Shown here: positions 36,806-45,689 of the stretch, piece by piece
Numbering within the stretch: the first letter of the stretch is position 1
Layout: the number at the start of each line of letters is the position of its first letter
IMG/VR virus record: IMGVR_UViG_3300032896_000001
Location: 41,096 to 105,095 of that record
Reading direction: 5' to 3' (one strand)
DNA: 64,000 nucleotides
DNA from: a virus
The notes under the pieces: model-generated
Database searches by the model: none
The model's input: the letters and a program-made list of their open reading frames with translations, nothing else
What the model was told of the DNA's origin: nothing
Position numbers and translations under genes: made by a program

Positions 36806-37006
36806 CTAGTAGTCGCGGCCAATGCAAACGCTCTCAGCGTTGCAGCCGTCAATCCACCGGCAGCCGGCGGGGAAAAAGCAATCGCCGGAGGCCTCGCTTT
36901 CCTCTTCGTCATCGTCGGTCTCGGGGTCGGATTCCGGCTCGGGAGGCGGTGCCGGACGTGGTCTCGGTCCCGGGAGCCCGGGGGGAATCATCGGCGGGCG
37001 CGGCAT
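36806..37006 (-). CDS. Small Pro/acidic/Cys protein
   Basis: ORF immediately after the ParB-like gene. Confidence 0.35.
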   Translation of the reverse strand: MPRPPMIPPGLPGPRPRPAPPPEPESDPETDDDEEESEASGDCFFPAGCRWIDGCNAESVCIGRDY

Positions 37007-37008
37007 GG

Positions 37009-37896
37009 CTACTTCGGCTCGGGGAAGTTCTTCGGGGTGAGGCCGCCGGCCGGGAGCTTGTACAGGCTGACCGCCGTGTTCCCCGCCCGGTAGTGGTTCC
37101 ACGCGAGGACGAGGAGGAACAGCTGCTCGTGCTCGGTGAGCCGCTCGTCGTTCTCCTTGGCCCGCCAGATCTTCGCGCGGAGGGTGTGGACCGGGTGCCC
37201 GGCGGACAGGTCCGCCCCGTCGAGGAGGCGGGCGAGGAACCATTCGGCCTGCTCCGGGCTCTTCCGGTTGAACAGCAGCCACGCCATGCCGAACACGACC
37301 GGCCGCACGGACCGCATCTTGGGGCGGGCCGACATGGCGAACGACACTGCGTCGCGCAGTTCCGGGTGGGCGTCGAGGTAGCCGCCCATCTCGGCGTGCG
37401 TCGGCTCGCCGTCGCTGCCCCGCTGCCGCACCCGCCCGCCCCGGTCCCAGACGCACGCCGACCGGGCCAGCGCGGCGAGAAGGTTCGCGTTCTGCTCCCC
37501 GGCGAGGGCGAGCACGTCGCCCATTCTCCGCTTCGCCCCGGTGTCGATCGTCTTCTGCGTGTCACGGGGCAGCCCGGTGACGACGAACGTCTCGAACGGG
37601 ACCTCCGCCATGATGCACGCGGTGAGCCGGTGCTGGCCGTCGAGGAGCGTCCCGTCGTCGGCGATCTTCACCGTCTCCCCGTTGACGTCCCACTTCCCCT
37701 CCCTCATGTCGCGGGCGAGCTGCGCGGCGAGGGGGTAGCGGAGTGGCCGGTTGCCGTCGTTGCGGGACAGCCACTCCTTCGCCATGCCCGGCGTCACCGT
37801 CATCAGAGATTGCGCGACCTGCCTGCGGGGGATGCCGCCAACTCGCCCTTCCGGGTCGGGGGCGATGAAGATGGGCGCTGCCGCTGTCGCTGTCAT
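37009..37896 (-). CDS. ParB/Srx-like nuclease-domain protein
   Basis: VTP..A.EWL..N..NRPL...LLDGQHRL.A; AGGAG RBS. Confidence 0.75.
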   Translation of the reverse strand: MTATAAAPIFIAPDPEGRVGGIPRRQVAQSLMTVTPGMAKEWLSRNDGNRPLRYPLAAQLARDMREGKWDVNGETVKIADDGTLLDGQHRLTACIMAEVPFETFVVTGLPRDTQKTIDTGAKRRMGDVLALAGEQNANLLAALARSACVWDRGGRVRQRGSDGEPTHAEMGGYLDAHPELRDAVSFAMSARPKMRSVRPVVFGMAWLLFNRKSPEQAEWFLARLLDGADLSAGHPVHTLRAKIWRAKENDERLTEHEQLFLLVLAWNHYRAGNTAVSLYKLPAGGLTPKNFPEPK

Positions 37897-37997
37897 ACTG
37901 GTCTCCTGTTGCTCGATCGGTTCAAATCGGGACCGCGCCCGGTTTCGTTGGCTCTAGGCCGGGCGCGGTAACGCCTGCCTGACGGTTGCCGTCAGCT

Positions 37998-38321
37998 TCA
38001 CTCGCTGCGGGTCAGCGGAATCCCGGCCAGCAGCGAGCGGACCTCGGTCTCCCGGTAACGCCGGTGCCCTCCGAGGGTGCGGATCGACGTCAGCTTCCCG
38101 GCCCTCGCCCACCTGGTGACCGTATTCGGGTCGACACGGAACATCGTGGCCACCTCGGCCGGGGTCAGCAGCGCCTCGGCCTCCGGGACGCGGCGGCCCG
38201 CGTGCGAGGGCGCCGGGGGCTCGTCGAGCAGGTGCGGGGCCTGCCTCCGGATCGTGTCCAGCAGCCTCTCCGGTGTCGTCCTGCCGACGAGCTCAATCGT
38301 CGTCTTGTTCTGCGCGCTCAA
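37998..38321 (-). CDS. bldC: BldC-family developmental regulator with N-terminal extension
   Basis: LLTPAEVATMFRVDPNTVTRWARAGKLTSIRTLGGHRRYRETEVRSLLAGIP is nearly identical to Streptomyces BldC as recalled; TTG start after AAGGAAGG. Confidence 0.85.
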   Translation of the reverse strand: MSAQNKTTIELVGRTTPERLLDTIRRQAPHLLDEPPAPSHAGRRVPEAEALLTPAEVATMFRVDPNTVTRWARAGKLTSIRTLGGHRRYRETEVRSLLAGIPLTRSE

Positions 38322-38386
38322 TTGCGTGCCCTTCCCTTCCTTAAGACTTCCCGTCCGGAGCCGCCGGGCGGACCGGTGAACTTCTG

Positions 38387-38533
38387 TCACCCGAGATGGC
38401 GGATCGCCAGCCGGCAGAGCATGAACAGGCCCGCGGCGGCCCACACGACGGCGATCGGGCCGCCGACGATGAGGACCGGCACGAGCGCGATGGGCATGCG
38501 CTCGAGCCGCGGCGCGCGGTGCCGCCCGCTCAC
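38387..38533 (-). CDS. Small membrane protein
   Basis: GRHRA motif plus TM segment; GTGA-coupled. Confidence 0.45.
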   Translation of the reverse strand: MSGRHRAPRLERMPIALVPVLIVGGPIAVVWAAAGLFMLCRLAIRHLG

Positions 38534-38889
38534 GACGGCGCTCCCTGCGGGACGGGGCGGAGGGCCGGCCCCGGCTTCGGCATGCTCCGGAGCATCGCGG
38601 CGAGCCTCGCCCGCGCCTTGTGGCCGAGCGCCTTCAGCGTCCGCCTGCGCTTCCGCCGCCGCCAGTTCTTCCACGAGATCCACGCCCAGCCCGCCGCCCC
38701 TGCGGCGTATATCGCGGAGGGGAGCCAGTGCCCGCCCGCCGCGTCAACGGCCGCCGCCAGGCCGAGCGTGACTGCGGCGGCAGCAGCCCACATCGCCGCC
38801 CTGCCGTACCGCCCGCGGCCGACGGCATTGCCGCACAGCCACGCGCTGACGACGCTCAGCAGCCCGATGGCGAAAGCCGGAAGACTCAC
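38530..38889 (-). CDS. Membrane protein
   Basis: Three hydrophobic segments, basic tail. Confidence 0.55.
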   Translation of the reverse strand: MSLPAFAIGLLSVVSAWLCGNAVGRGRYGRAAMWAAAAAVTLGLAAAVDAAGGHWLPSAIYAAGAAGWAWISWKNWRRRKRRRTLKALGHKARARLAAMLRSMPKPGPALRPVPQGAPS

Positions 38890-39098
38890 CCCCGCCCCCT
38901 CGCCGCCGCCCGGAACGCGGGGCACGCCGCCCCGCCGCAGCGCCCGCAGTCCGACCCCGGGCGGTAATGCTCGTGGCACTCGCGGGCGCAGCCGCAGGCG
39001 CACGCCCGGGCCAGGGCGCGCAGCCGCCGCCGGGCCGGCCGCGAGACCCGCCTGGGGGCCGGCCGGGCGCCCGCCGCGCCGCCGCCGATCTTGAGCAT
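38886..39098 (-). CDS. Small Cys/His zinc-finger protein
   Basis: CACGCARECHEHYRPGSDCGRC; AAGGAGG RBS. Confidence 0.55.
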   Translation of the reverse strand: MLKIGGGAAGARPAPRRVSRPARRRLRALARACACGCARECHEHYRPGSDCGRCGGAACPAFRAAARGRG

Positions 39099-39177
39099 GC
39101 AGTCCTCCTTGGTGGCGCCCCCCGCGCCGTCCGGTTCTCGCGGCCGGGCGGCGCGGGGGGCTGTCGTGCTTGCCGGG

Positions 39178-40170
39178 TCAGCTGGCGGCGGCGCAGGCCC
39201 CGGTGATGTCCCCGGTGTTGGCGTTGAACGCCTGCACCATCGTTTCCTGCACCTTCGGCGAGGTGCAGTTCTCGCTGGTCGCAAGGTAGGTGAACGAGTA
39301 GTCAGGCTGGCTCACCGCGCCCGCCCCGGCGGACGACGCGATCTTCGTGCCGGCCGGGAAGAACGGCGCGTACCAGGCGGCGTCGCCGCTGCCCGACGCG
39401 TACGAGTCGTTCAGGTTGTTCACCGTCGCGGGCACCCCGGAGGAGCTGAGGGAACCCGAGTCGGCGTAGAACTCGAAATCAAACGAGCCGTCGAGCGTCC
39501 CCTGCACGATGCCGTCGATGGCCTTCCCGCCGAGGGGGGAGTTCGCCCCCGCGAGGGTCTGGAAGGTCCCGTCCATCGACGCGGTGCCCGTGTAGTAGTA
39601 GCAGGTCGCGTTGCCGGCGGGGGCGTTGGAGCACTCCGACAGGTCGGCGGCGGCGTGCCGGGTGATGCTGACGTCGAACGCGAAGTCGTCCAGCGCCCAG
39701 ATCCCGCCGTTCGCCAGCGTGAGCGGCTCGGTCCCGCTCGCGCTGTCCGGGTCGTTGCTCACCGAGATGTCGGCGGACGCGGTGACCGGGGCGGCGTTCG
39801 CCCCCGGGGCCCCCGCGGGACCCGCAGGGCCCGCCGGGCCGGTCGCCCCGGTCGCCCCGGTCGCGCCCTTCGGCCCCGTCGCCCCGGTCGCGCCCGCGGC
39901 TCCCCTGGGGCCGGTCACGCCCCAGTAGACGAGGAACGAGCCGGACGGGCAGGTGGTCCCGGACGTGTTCGACTCGAAGACGCGCTCCAGCACCCGGCCG
40001 GAGCCGGTCACGCAGCCGTGCAGGGTCCCCGCGGGGATGGAGACGGCGGCGGCGCTCGCGCCGAGCGCCCCGGTCGCGGCCATCGCGATGCCGCCCCCGG
40101 CCAGCGCGAGGGCGACGGCGCCCCCGCCGACGGCGATCCGCAACGGCATCCGCCTAACAGACTTCAACAT
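39178..40170 (-). CDS. Secreted collagen-repeat protein
   Basis: Signal peptide, Gly-X-Y run, GAGGAG RBS before ATG 40170. Confidence 0.75.
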   Translation of the reverse strand: MLKSVRRMPLRIAVGGGAVALALAGGGIAMAATGALGASAAAVSIPAGTLHGCVTGSGRVLERVFESNTSGTTCPSGSFLVYWGVTGPRGAAGATGATGPKGATGATGATGPAGPAGPAGAPGANAAPVTASADISVSNDPDSASGTEPLTLANGGIWALDDFAFDVSITRHAAADLSECSNAPAGNATCYYYTGTASMDGTFQTLAGANSPLGGKAIDGIVQGTLDGSFDFEFYADSGSLSSSGVPATVNNLNDSYASGSGDAAWYAPFFPAGTKIASSAGAGAVSQPDYSFTYLATSENCTSPKVQETMVQAFNANTGDITGACAAAS

Positions 40171-40553
40171 GGAACTACTCCTCGGTTTAACGGACCTGCC
40201 CGGGTTATCCCGGGCAGGGGCCTGTGGGGCGGCGAGCCGCCGCTGCGGGGGCCGCGCGCGGACCCGGGGCGGCCGCGCGGCCGCCACCCGGGGTCCGGGG
40301 ACCTCCCCTATCTCGTCCTCCGCGACCCTGAGCGCCTCCCGCTCGCCGGCGCCGAGCAGGCCGAACTGGTCCCCCGCGGCCGGCCTCGCGTGCGCGGGGG
40401 GCCCTGCCGCCGCCGGCGCCGCCTGCGCGGCCGCCATCCCCGCGAGCACCTCGAGGGCGCTGAGCTGATCGCCCGTCGCCGGGCCGGTGCACGGGCGCCC
40501 CCCTAGCCGCCAGTCGTTGGGCAGGGTGTCGTCGTTAGGGATGGTGGGGGTGC

Positions 40554-40847
40554 TCACGCGGCGCTCCGCCTTTTCTGCTGCTTGGACCTCGAGGCCGCGG
40601 TCGCGACGGTGCGCGGCGCGGCCGGCTTGTTCAGTCCCCTGGCTATCTCCGCGAGGTTCGCGGGGGAGAACACGATCGACCTGCCGACCCGCGTGCACGG
40701 GAACAGGCCGCTGCGGGCCCTCTTGAGCAGCCAGTAGCCGGTCGTCTTCCCCGAGGGGTCGAGAATGCCCGCCGCCTCGGCGGGCGTGTAGTGAACGGGG
40801 GCGCCGACTGCGGCGAGCTCCTCCGGGGACGGCCGTGCCGTCGTCAT
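40554..40847 (-). CDS. Excisionase-like HTH protein
   Basis: YTPAEAA.IL...WL...AR.G.FP..RVGR.IVFS; second gene of cro operon. Confidence 0.7.
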   Translation of the reverse strand: MTTARPSPEELAAVGAPVHYTPAEAAGILDPSGKTTGYWLLKRARSGLFPCTRVGRSIVFSPANLAEIARGLNKPAAPRTVATAASRSKQQKRRSAA

Positions 40848-41098
40848 TGCTCCTCCTGCTCTGCCTGCTCTGCCTGCTCGAGTCGAGCGAGCAGGTCCGC
40901 GTACCGGGCTGCGCGCTCGCCGTGCGGCATCTTCCGTCCCGCCTCCCAGTCGGCCACCGTCGGCTGGGTCACGCCCACCGCCTCGGCCACCTCGGCCTGC
41001 GACAGGCGGGATCGCTTCCTGATCTCCCGCACCCGCCCGCTGGCCACGTCCGCGCGCAGGCGCGCCAGCGTCACGGCGCTGTCCGCCGATATCGTCAT
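40844..41098 (-). CDS. Cro-like XRE HTH protein
   Basis: RLSQAEVAEAVGVTQPTVADWEAG; divergent from repressor. Confidence 0.8.
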   Translation of the reverse strand: MTISADSAVTLARLRADVASGRVREIRKRSRLSQAEVAEAVGVTQPTVADWEAGRKMPHGERAARYADLLARLEQAEQAEQEEQ

Positions 41099-41180
41099 AG
41101 GATTCCTTCCGACCACACATGGGGATACTAATCCTATTTCAGGATGCGGCGCGACTACATAGCCATGTAATGTCTGATCC
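41099..41180. promoter_or_regulatory. Lysis-lysogeny switch region
   Basis: AT-rich; palindromes ataggatt/aatcctat, atcct-atttc-aggat, tacat-agcc-atgta; TAATGT-7nt-ATG leaderless repressor promoter. Confidence 0.65.
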
Positions 41181-41690
41181 ATGTCATCGGATGACGAGCG
41201 ACTCCGCGGCGAGCGGAAGGCGTTCGGCGAGAACCTCCGCGCCGTCCGCGAGCGCCGCGGCACGGGCCAGCGGGAACTCGCCGCGCGCATGGCCGCGCAG
41301 GGCTACCCGTGGCACCAGAACACGGTCACCAGGGTCGAGGCGGGCGACCGGTCCGTCTCCTTCTACGAGGCGATGGCCCTCGCGGCGCTCCTCGGCGTGA
41401 CGACGGACCGGTTCACCTGGTCGGCCCCGGAGGCGGCCGAGCGGGAGATGGCCGCCGCCGCCGCCGCGCGGCTTCGCGGGGCGTGGCGCGAGCTCGCCCT
41501 CGCGAAGGCGCGGCTCGACGACGCCCGCGACGCCGCGGCGCGCACCGCCGAGCGCGGCGCGAAGTCGGAGTTTCCCCGCGTCGCCGAGGCGGCGCGCGGG
41601 ATCGCCGAGGACATCGAGGACTGCACGGCCGAGCTCGCGCTCGCCGAGGCGGACAGGATCAGGGAGCGCGACGAGAAAGGCGGCGGCTGA
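41181..41690 (+). CDS. Immunity repressor (XRE HTH)
   Basis: LRAVRERRG.GQRELA..M...G..WHQNTVTRVEAG.R; coupled to integrase. Confidence 0.8.
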   Translation: MSSDDERLRGERKAFGENLRAVRERRGTGQRELAARMAAQGYPWHQNTVTRVEAGDRSVSFYEAMALAALLGVTTDRFTWSAPEAAEREMAAAAAARLRGAWRELALAKARLDDARDAAARTAERGAKSEFPRVAEAARGIAEDIEDCTAELALAEADRIRERDEKGGG

Positions 41691-43375
41691 TGGCGTACGC
41701 GGAGAGAGTGCCGTCCCCGAGGGGCGACTACTGGCGGGGCCGGTACAGGGATGCGGGCGGGGGCTGGGTGACCGTCCGCGACGAGAACGGCGATGTCATC
41801 CGGTTCGCGCTCAAGCAGGACGCGAAGAACGCCGCCGACGACCGCCAGTCCGACGTCCGCAACGGCCGGGTGGCCAAGCCGGCGTCCGAGATGACCTTCG
41901 CCGACTGGGCCGAGGAATGGTACGGGGGGCTGAACCTCGCCTGGTCGACGATGGCGGGGCGCAGGCGCCACCTAGACGATCACCTCCTCAAGGAGTTCGG
42001 CGCGGTGCGCCTGGCCGACATCACCGAGGCGATGATCGGCGCCTGGGAGATGAAAGAGCGCAAGGAGGGCAAGAAGCCCGCCAGCATCGCGACATGGCGC
42101 GGCACCCTTCACACCTGCCTCGAGGACGCGGTGCCCGAGATCATCAGCCAGAACCCGGCGCGCCGGAAGGGGAACCGCGGCAAGCGGGCGGACAAGGGCA
42201 AGGGCCGCGGGCCGGAGAAGCCGTTCACCGACGCCCTCGGCGTGCTCCTTATATCCGAGCGGATGGCGATCCTCACCGGCCAGGACCAGGAGTTCGTGAT
42301 GAGCCAGGCGTCGTTCTGGGGGGCACTCCGCCTAGGCGAGCTCGTCGGCCTCGAGCGGCGGTACCTCCGGACGGAGGGGCTGCGGGTGGAGTGGCAGCTG
42401 CACCAGCTCGACCTCCAGCAGGCGAGGGAGGGCGAGGCCGACGTCGCGGCGACGATGCGGGCGGAGGCGCCCGGGGGCCTCCTGCGCTGCCCGCCGAAGG
42501 ACAACTCGTTCGGCGACGTGATCCTCGCCCCGTTCATGACGGCGATGCTCGACGGGTTCGCGGCGTCCCGCCCGGCCCGCTCGTGCCCGTGCCACGGTCA
42601 CGCCTACCTGTTCCGGGGGTTCGGCGTCCCGTCCGGCGGCCGGGCGCCCGACGGCTCCGTGACGCTGGCCGACCTGGCCGCGATCGCGGGCGTGTCGCCG
42701 ACCACGGCGCGCAAGGCGCTGACGGGCGCGGCCGGGATATCGGCGGTCGTGCGGAAGCGCGTCGAGGAGACCGCGGCCGCGACCGGCTTCGCGCGCCGCC
42801 GCGCGGCGGCCGACCCGGCGTGGCACTGGCGCCGCAGCGCGTTCGAGGCGCTGGTGTCCGCTGCGGCGACCGGCGAGCTCCCCAAGGCCGGCCGGGGGCT
42901 GCCGAAGCGCCCCGTGCCGCTCGGCGGCGAGTGGCCGGGGACGCGGCTGAGGGGGCCGGGCGCGATCAGCCGGGCGACGCTGCGCTGGGAGCCGGTGGCG
43001 CCGGGCCTGACCCCGCACCTGATGGCGCGCCACTCGATGCGCACGCTGATGGAGGAGAAGCGGATCCCGCACATCATGTCCGAGACCCACCTGCGGCACG
43101 ACATCCCCGGGGTGTCGGGGGCCTACCGCCACGTGACCGACAACATGAGGGAGGAGCTCGCCGCGATGATGACCGCGGAGCACGAGAGGGCCCTCGACGC
43201 CCGGCTCGCGATGTCGCCCCGCTCCCCCGTGGCGGTCCTCGACGCGATGCTTCTCGAGCGCTCGGAGGCCCGGAAAATCCGGGCCGTCTCCAGAATCTCA
43301 CCAGAACATGACAATGCGGTAGTTTCCCTCCCGACCGGTACGCGGCCTGACCTGCGGAGGGATGGTCGTGCGTGA
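41690..43375 (+). CDS. int: Tyrosine integrase with inserted LacI-type HTH
   Basis: Arm-binding N-terminus, LRLGEL, PPK, PHLMARH, AYRH; LacI-like TLADLAAIAGVSPTTARKAL. Confidence 0.9.
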   Translation: MAYAERVPSPRGDYWRGRYRDAGGGWVTVRDENGDVIRFALKQDAKNAADDRQSDVRNGRVAKPASEMTFADWAEEWYGGLNLAWSTMAGRRRHLDDHLLKEFGAVRLADITEAMIGAWEMKERKEGKKPASIATWRGTLHTCLEDAVPEIISQNPARRKGNRGKRADKGKGRGPEKPFTDALGVLLISERMAILTGQDQEFVMSQASFWGALRLGELVGLERRYLRTEGLRVEWQLHQLDLQQAREGEADVAATMRAEAPGGLLRCPPKDNSFGDVILAPFMTAMLDGFAASRPARSCPCHGHAYLFRGFGVPSGGRAPDGSVTLADLAAIAGVSPTTARKALTGAAGISAVVRKRVEETAAATGFARRRAAADPAWHWRRSAFEALVSAAATGELPKAGRGLPKRPVPLGGEWPGTRLRGPGAISRATLRWEPVAPGLTPHLMARHSMRTLMEEKRIPHIMSETHLRHDIPGVSGAYRHVTDNMREELAAMMTAEHERALDARLAMSPRSPVAVLDAMLLERSEARKIRAVSRISPEHDNAVVSLPTGTRPDLRRDGRA

Positions 43376-43546
43376 GCTACCGAGCCCCTTCGCCAGTACA
43401 AGGGGGTCCGCGAAAAAATCTCGTGCAGTTGTCGCAGGTGACAACGCTGCGTGTTCGGCCGCCCAGGTAGCGGCTGCGCGTTCCGGGGCGTTCCCGTGCG
43501 CTCCGGGGTTCTCCGGGGCGATGTCGTCCCCAGATCGTCCCCAGAA
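43287..43546. other. Probable attP site
   Basis: Paired TCNCCAGA(A/T) arm-type repeats at 43287/43298 and 43527/43538 (11-bp period) flanking a non-coding spacer. Confidence 0.55.
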
Positions 43547-43561
43547 TTGGAGCGCACGCGC

Positions 43562-43996
43562 GTGACGCGAGTGACGACGAGCCGCGAGGTGCCCGCGTGC
43601 TGGACATGGCCGGCCCCGACGGCGGAGGCCCTGGAGAAGGTCCGCCGCCGGATGGTCGCCGACGCCGAGCAGGACGGCGTCGGCTGGCGCCCCAGCCCCC
43701 AGGACGTCCGCTGGGAACTGATGGATCAGTGGAAGCGCGGCCGGTGCGCGATATGCGGCCGGCGCACAGGCAGGCTGATCGAGGATCATGATCACGAAAC
43801 CGGGCTGTTCCGGGGCTGGCTATGCCGGGCCTGCAACACCTGCGAAGGGTATGCAGGGGACCGCGAGCCCTTCGCCGCGTACCGTGAGCGGAGCCCGGCC
43901 ATCATCTTTAACCTCAAGTCGCAGTACTCCAACCTCTACGCCTGGGGGTCCTCGACGAACGTCACGCCTCCCGCATCTTCTCCGGGTCAGCGATGA
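43562..43996 (+). CDS. Endonuclease VII-family protein
   Basis: CAICG...DHDHETG..RGWLCRACN. Confidence 0.8.
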   Translation: MTRVTTSREVPACWTWPAPTAEALEKVRRRMVADAEQDGVGWRPSPQDVRWELMDQWKRGRCAICGRRTGRLIEDHDHETGLFRGWLCRACNTCEGYAGDREPFAAYRERSPAIIFNLKSQYSNLYAWGSSTNVTPPASSPGQR

Positions 43997-44225
43997 ACGA
44001 CCCCCCGTACGTCGAGTACTCGGCGGTCCAGTAGATCTGGACGACATTGCGCCCGCGGTCGTCGGTCCACCAGGCGCGGACGTCGACCGGGTGCCACTGC
44101 TTGTCGCCGAAGAGGAACTCCCACCCGGTCTCGCTCTCGTCCCGGTGCCAGCCGGTGTCACGGCGGGTCGTGTCGCGGGACAGCGCCACCTCGAGGGCGG
44201 GGGAGTTCCTCGGGCTCGGCGGCAT
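43962..44225 (-). CDS. Hypothetical protein
   Basis: Trp-rich coherent ORF. Confidence 0.45.
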   Translation of the reverse strand: MPPSPRNSPALEVALSRDTTRRDTGWHRDESETGWEFLFGDKQWHPVDVRAWWTDDRGRNVVQIYWTAEYSTYGGSFIADPEKMREA

Positions 44226-44235
44226 GAGAGTAGGT

Positions 44236-44580
44236 CTACCCAGCTAATTGCCAGCCGGTGACAGGTAATTGCGGTGCTGACGCCCGGACGACGCGCCTGG
44301 CAAGGGCGGCAAGCTGCGAGTCCCCGCGCCATGAGTCGTCACCCGGTTCCCACGGCTGCGTGTAGCCGCTGACCGGGGAGCCGGAGTGCGCGTGAACGCC
44401 GGGGCTGCAGATGTTGCGATCGGCCGGCACGCGCCAGCGGTCGCCCTGGTCGGTGTCCTCGTTGTGGCAGCACTCGATCAGGGGGCAGAGGCAGAGCAGG
44501 CCGAGGTGGCGGTCAACGCCTGTTGCGTCGCGGAACCGGCGGTTGTCGATCAGGTCCGACCAGCGATGATGCCCGCTCAC
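44236..44580 (-). CDS. Hypothetical protein
   Basis: GTGA-coupled. Confidence 0.35.
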   Translation of the reverse strand: MSGHHRWSDLIDNRRFRDATGVDRHLGLLCLCPLIECCHNEDTDQGDRWRVPADRNICSPGVHAHSGSPVSGYTQPWEPGDDSWRGDSQLAALARRVVRASAPQLPVTGWQLAG

Positions 44581-45011
44581 CGCTCGGACTCGTTCTGCTT
44601 GATGTGGTGCGCGGCGGCGATCCACCAGGCGGCGTCGCGGTCACTGGCCGCAGACCGCTCGGCCTCGGTGCAGCAGGCGTCGTAGAGCGCGGCGACGGGC
44701 GGTTCCATGCCCTTGTAGCACGGCTTCTGCGGTCGGAGCCCCCGCTTCCTCGCGGCGAACAGGTGCCCGAGCTCGTACTCGGCGCGCAGCGGCTTCAGGT
44801 CGTCGAGGGTCCTCCGCAGGAGCGGCACGTCGGCGACCATGATCTCCTCGAAGTCGGCGGTCGCCCAGTGGAACAGGTCATTGCACTCGGCGAACAGCCG
44901 CGTCTCGCGGTTCGCGCCCGGGGTCATGTCGACTCGCCAGATGAGCGCGGCCTCGAAGTCCTCGGCCTCGGCGAAGAGGGCGAAGACCTCAGCGGCCTCG
45001 TACGGCGTCAT
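44577..45011 (-). CDS. Hypothetical phage protein
   Basis: CNDLFHWATAD.E.I...LFAARKRG.RPQ; leaderless TACGCT-6nt-ATG. Confidence 0.65.
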   Translation of the reverse strand: MTPYEAAEVFALFAEAEDFEAALIWRVDMTPGANRETRLFAECNDLFHWATADFEEIMVADVPLLRRTLDDLKPLRAEYELGHLFAARKRGLRPQKPCYKGMEPPVAALYDACCTEAERSAASDRDAAWWIAAAHHIKQNESER

Positions 45012-45371
45012 GATCCGAGCGTAGCCCCGGAAAGCGCGGACCCGGCAGCCAAGGGGCCTGCCGGGTCCGGCACTGTCACGGGGCGCGGCGGCGGCTGGCC
45101 AGGTGCCGCCCGCGGCTTCAGGTCACCGCGCCCCGCTGCCCGGGACCTGGCCGCGCCGCGCAGTGGTGCGGCGCGCGGCGTTGTCCGGCGGTTCCCGGGC
45201 CGTTCTTTACGTAGCGCGGCGCCGGGCCAGAGTGATCCGGCCCGGCGCCGCTTCTCCATGGCGGGGAGGCAGGGAGCGAACTGTCTCAGCCGTCGCCGCT
45301 GGCCGGCTCGCCCTACGCCGGCGATCCCGTCCCTGTGCGCCATCCCCTTATTGGGAAGCCCGCAGGTGATC

Positions 45372-45689
45372 CTAGCCGACGCGCAGCCGCCCGCATTCGC
45401 GTGCCTCGAACATGACGGTGATCCCCTTGGCCTTCGCCTGCCGTCCGAAGCAGGCGGGGCACAAGATCCCGTGCAGCGACCCGTGGGCCTCCGCGTACAG
45501 GTCGTCGGGCGCTCTCCAGAGCGGGAACTTGCGCCCGCAGTCCTGGCAGTGCTCGCCTATCTCGAACAGCGGGTGGAGGACGAAGTCCGCCCACCACAGG
45601 CGCAGCAGCCCGGCGGGCGACGTCGGCTTGCGGCCGGTCCGGATCGCCCATCGCAGGCGGCCGAGCGCGCCGGGCTTGACCGCGGTCAC
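45372..45689 (-). CDS. Zn-finger hypothetical protein
   Basis: CQDCG...GILCPACF. Confidence 0.55.
   Translation of the reverse strand: MTAVKPGALGRLRWAIRTGRKPTSPAGLLRLWWADFVLHPLFEIGEHCQDCGRKFPLWRAPDDLYAEAHGSLHGILCPACFGRQAKAKGITVMFEARECGRLRVG

Noticed and set aside
39178-40698. Single 506-aa collagen protein
   Set aside because: RBS and signal peptide at 40170 indicate the true start; the upstream in-frame part is probably a separate or frameshifted gene
43375-43560. Prophage boundary (attL/attR)
   Set aside because: Phage-type genes continue on both sides and no host housekeeping genes are present
45090-45130. SRP RNA-like CAGGT motifs
   Set aside because: No GGAA tetraloop or AGCAG partner
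45008-45343. 111-aa ORF across the hairpin cluster
   Set aside because: Arg-rich, low-complexity and overlaps strong secondary structure
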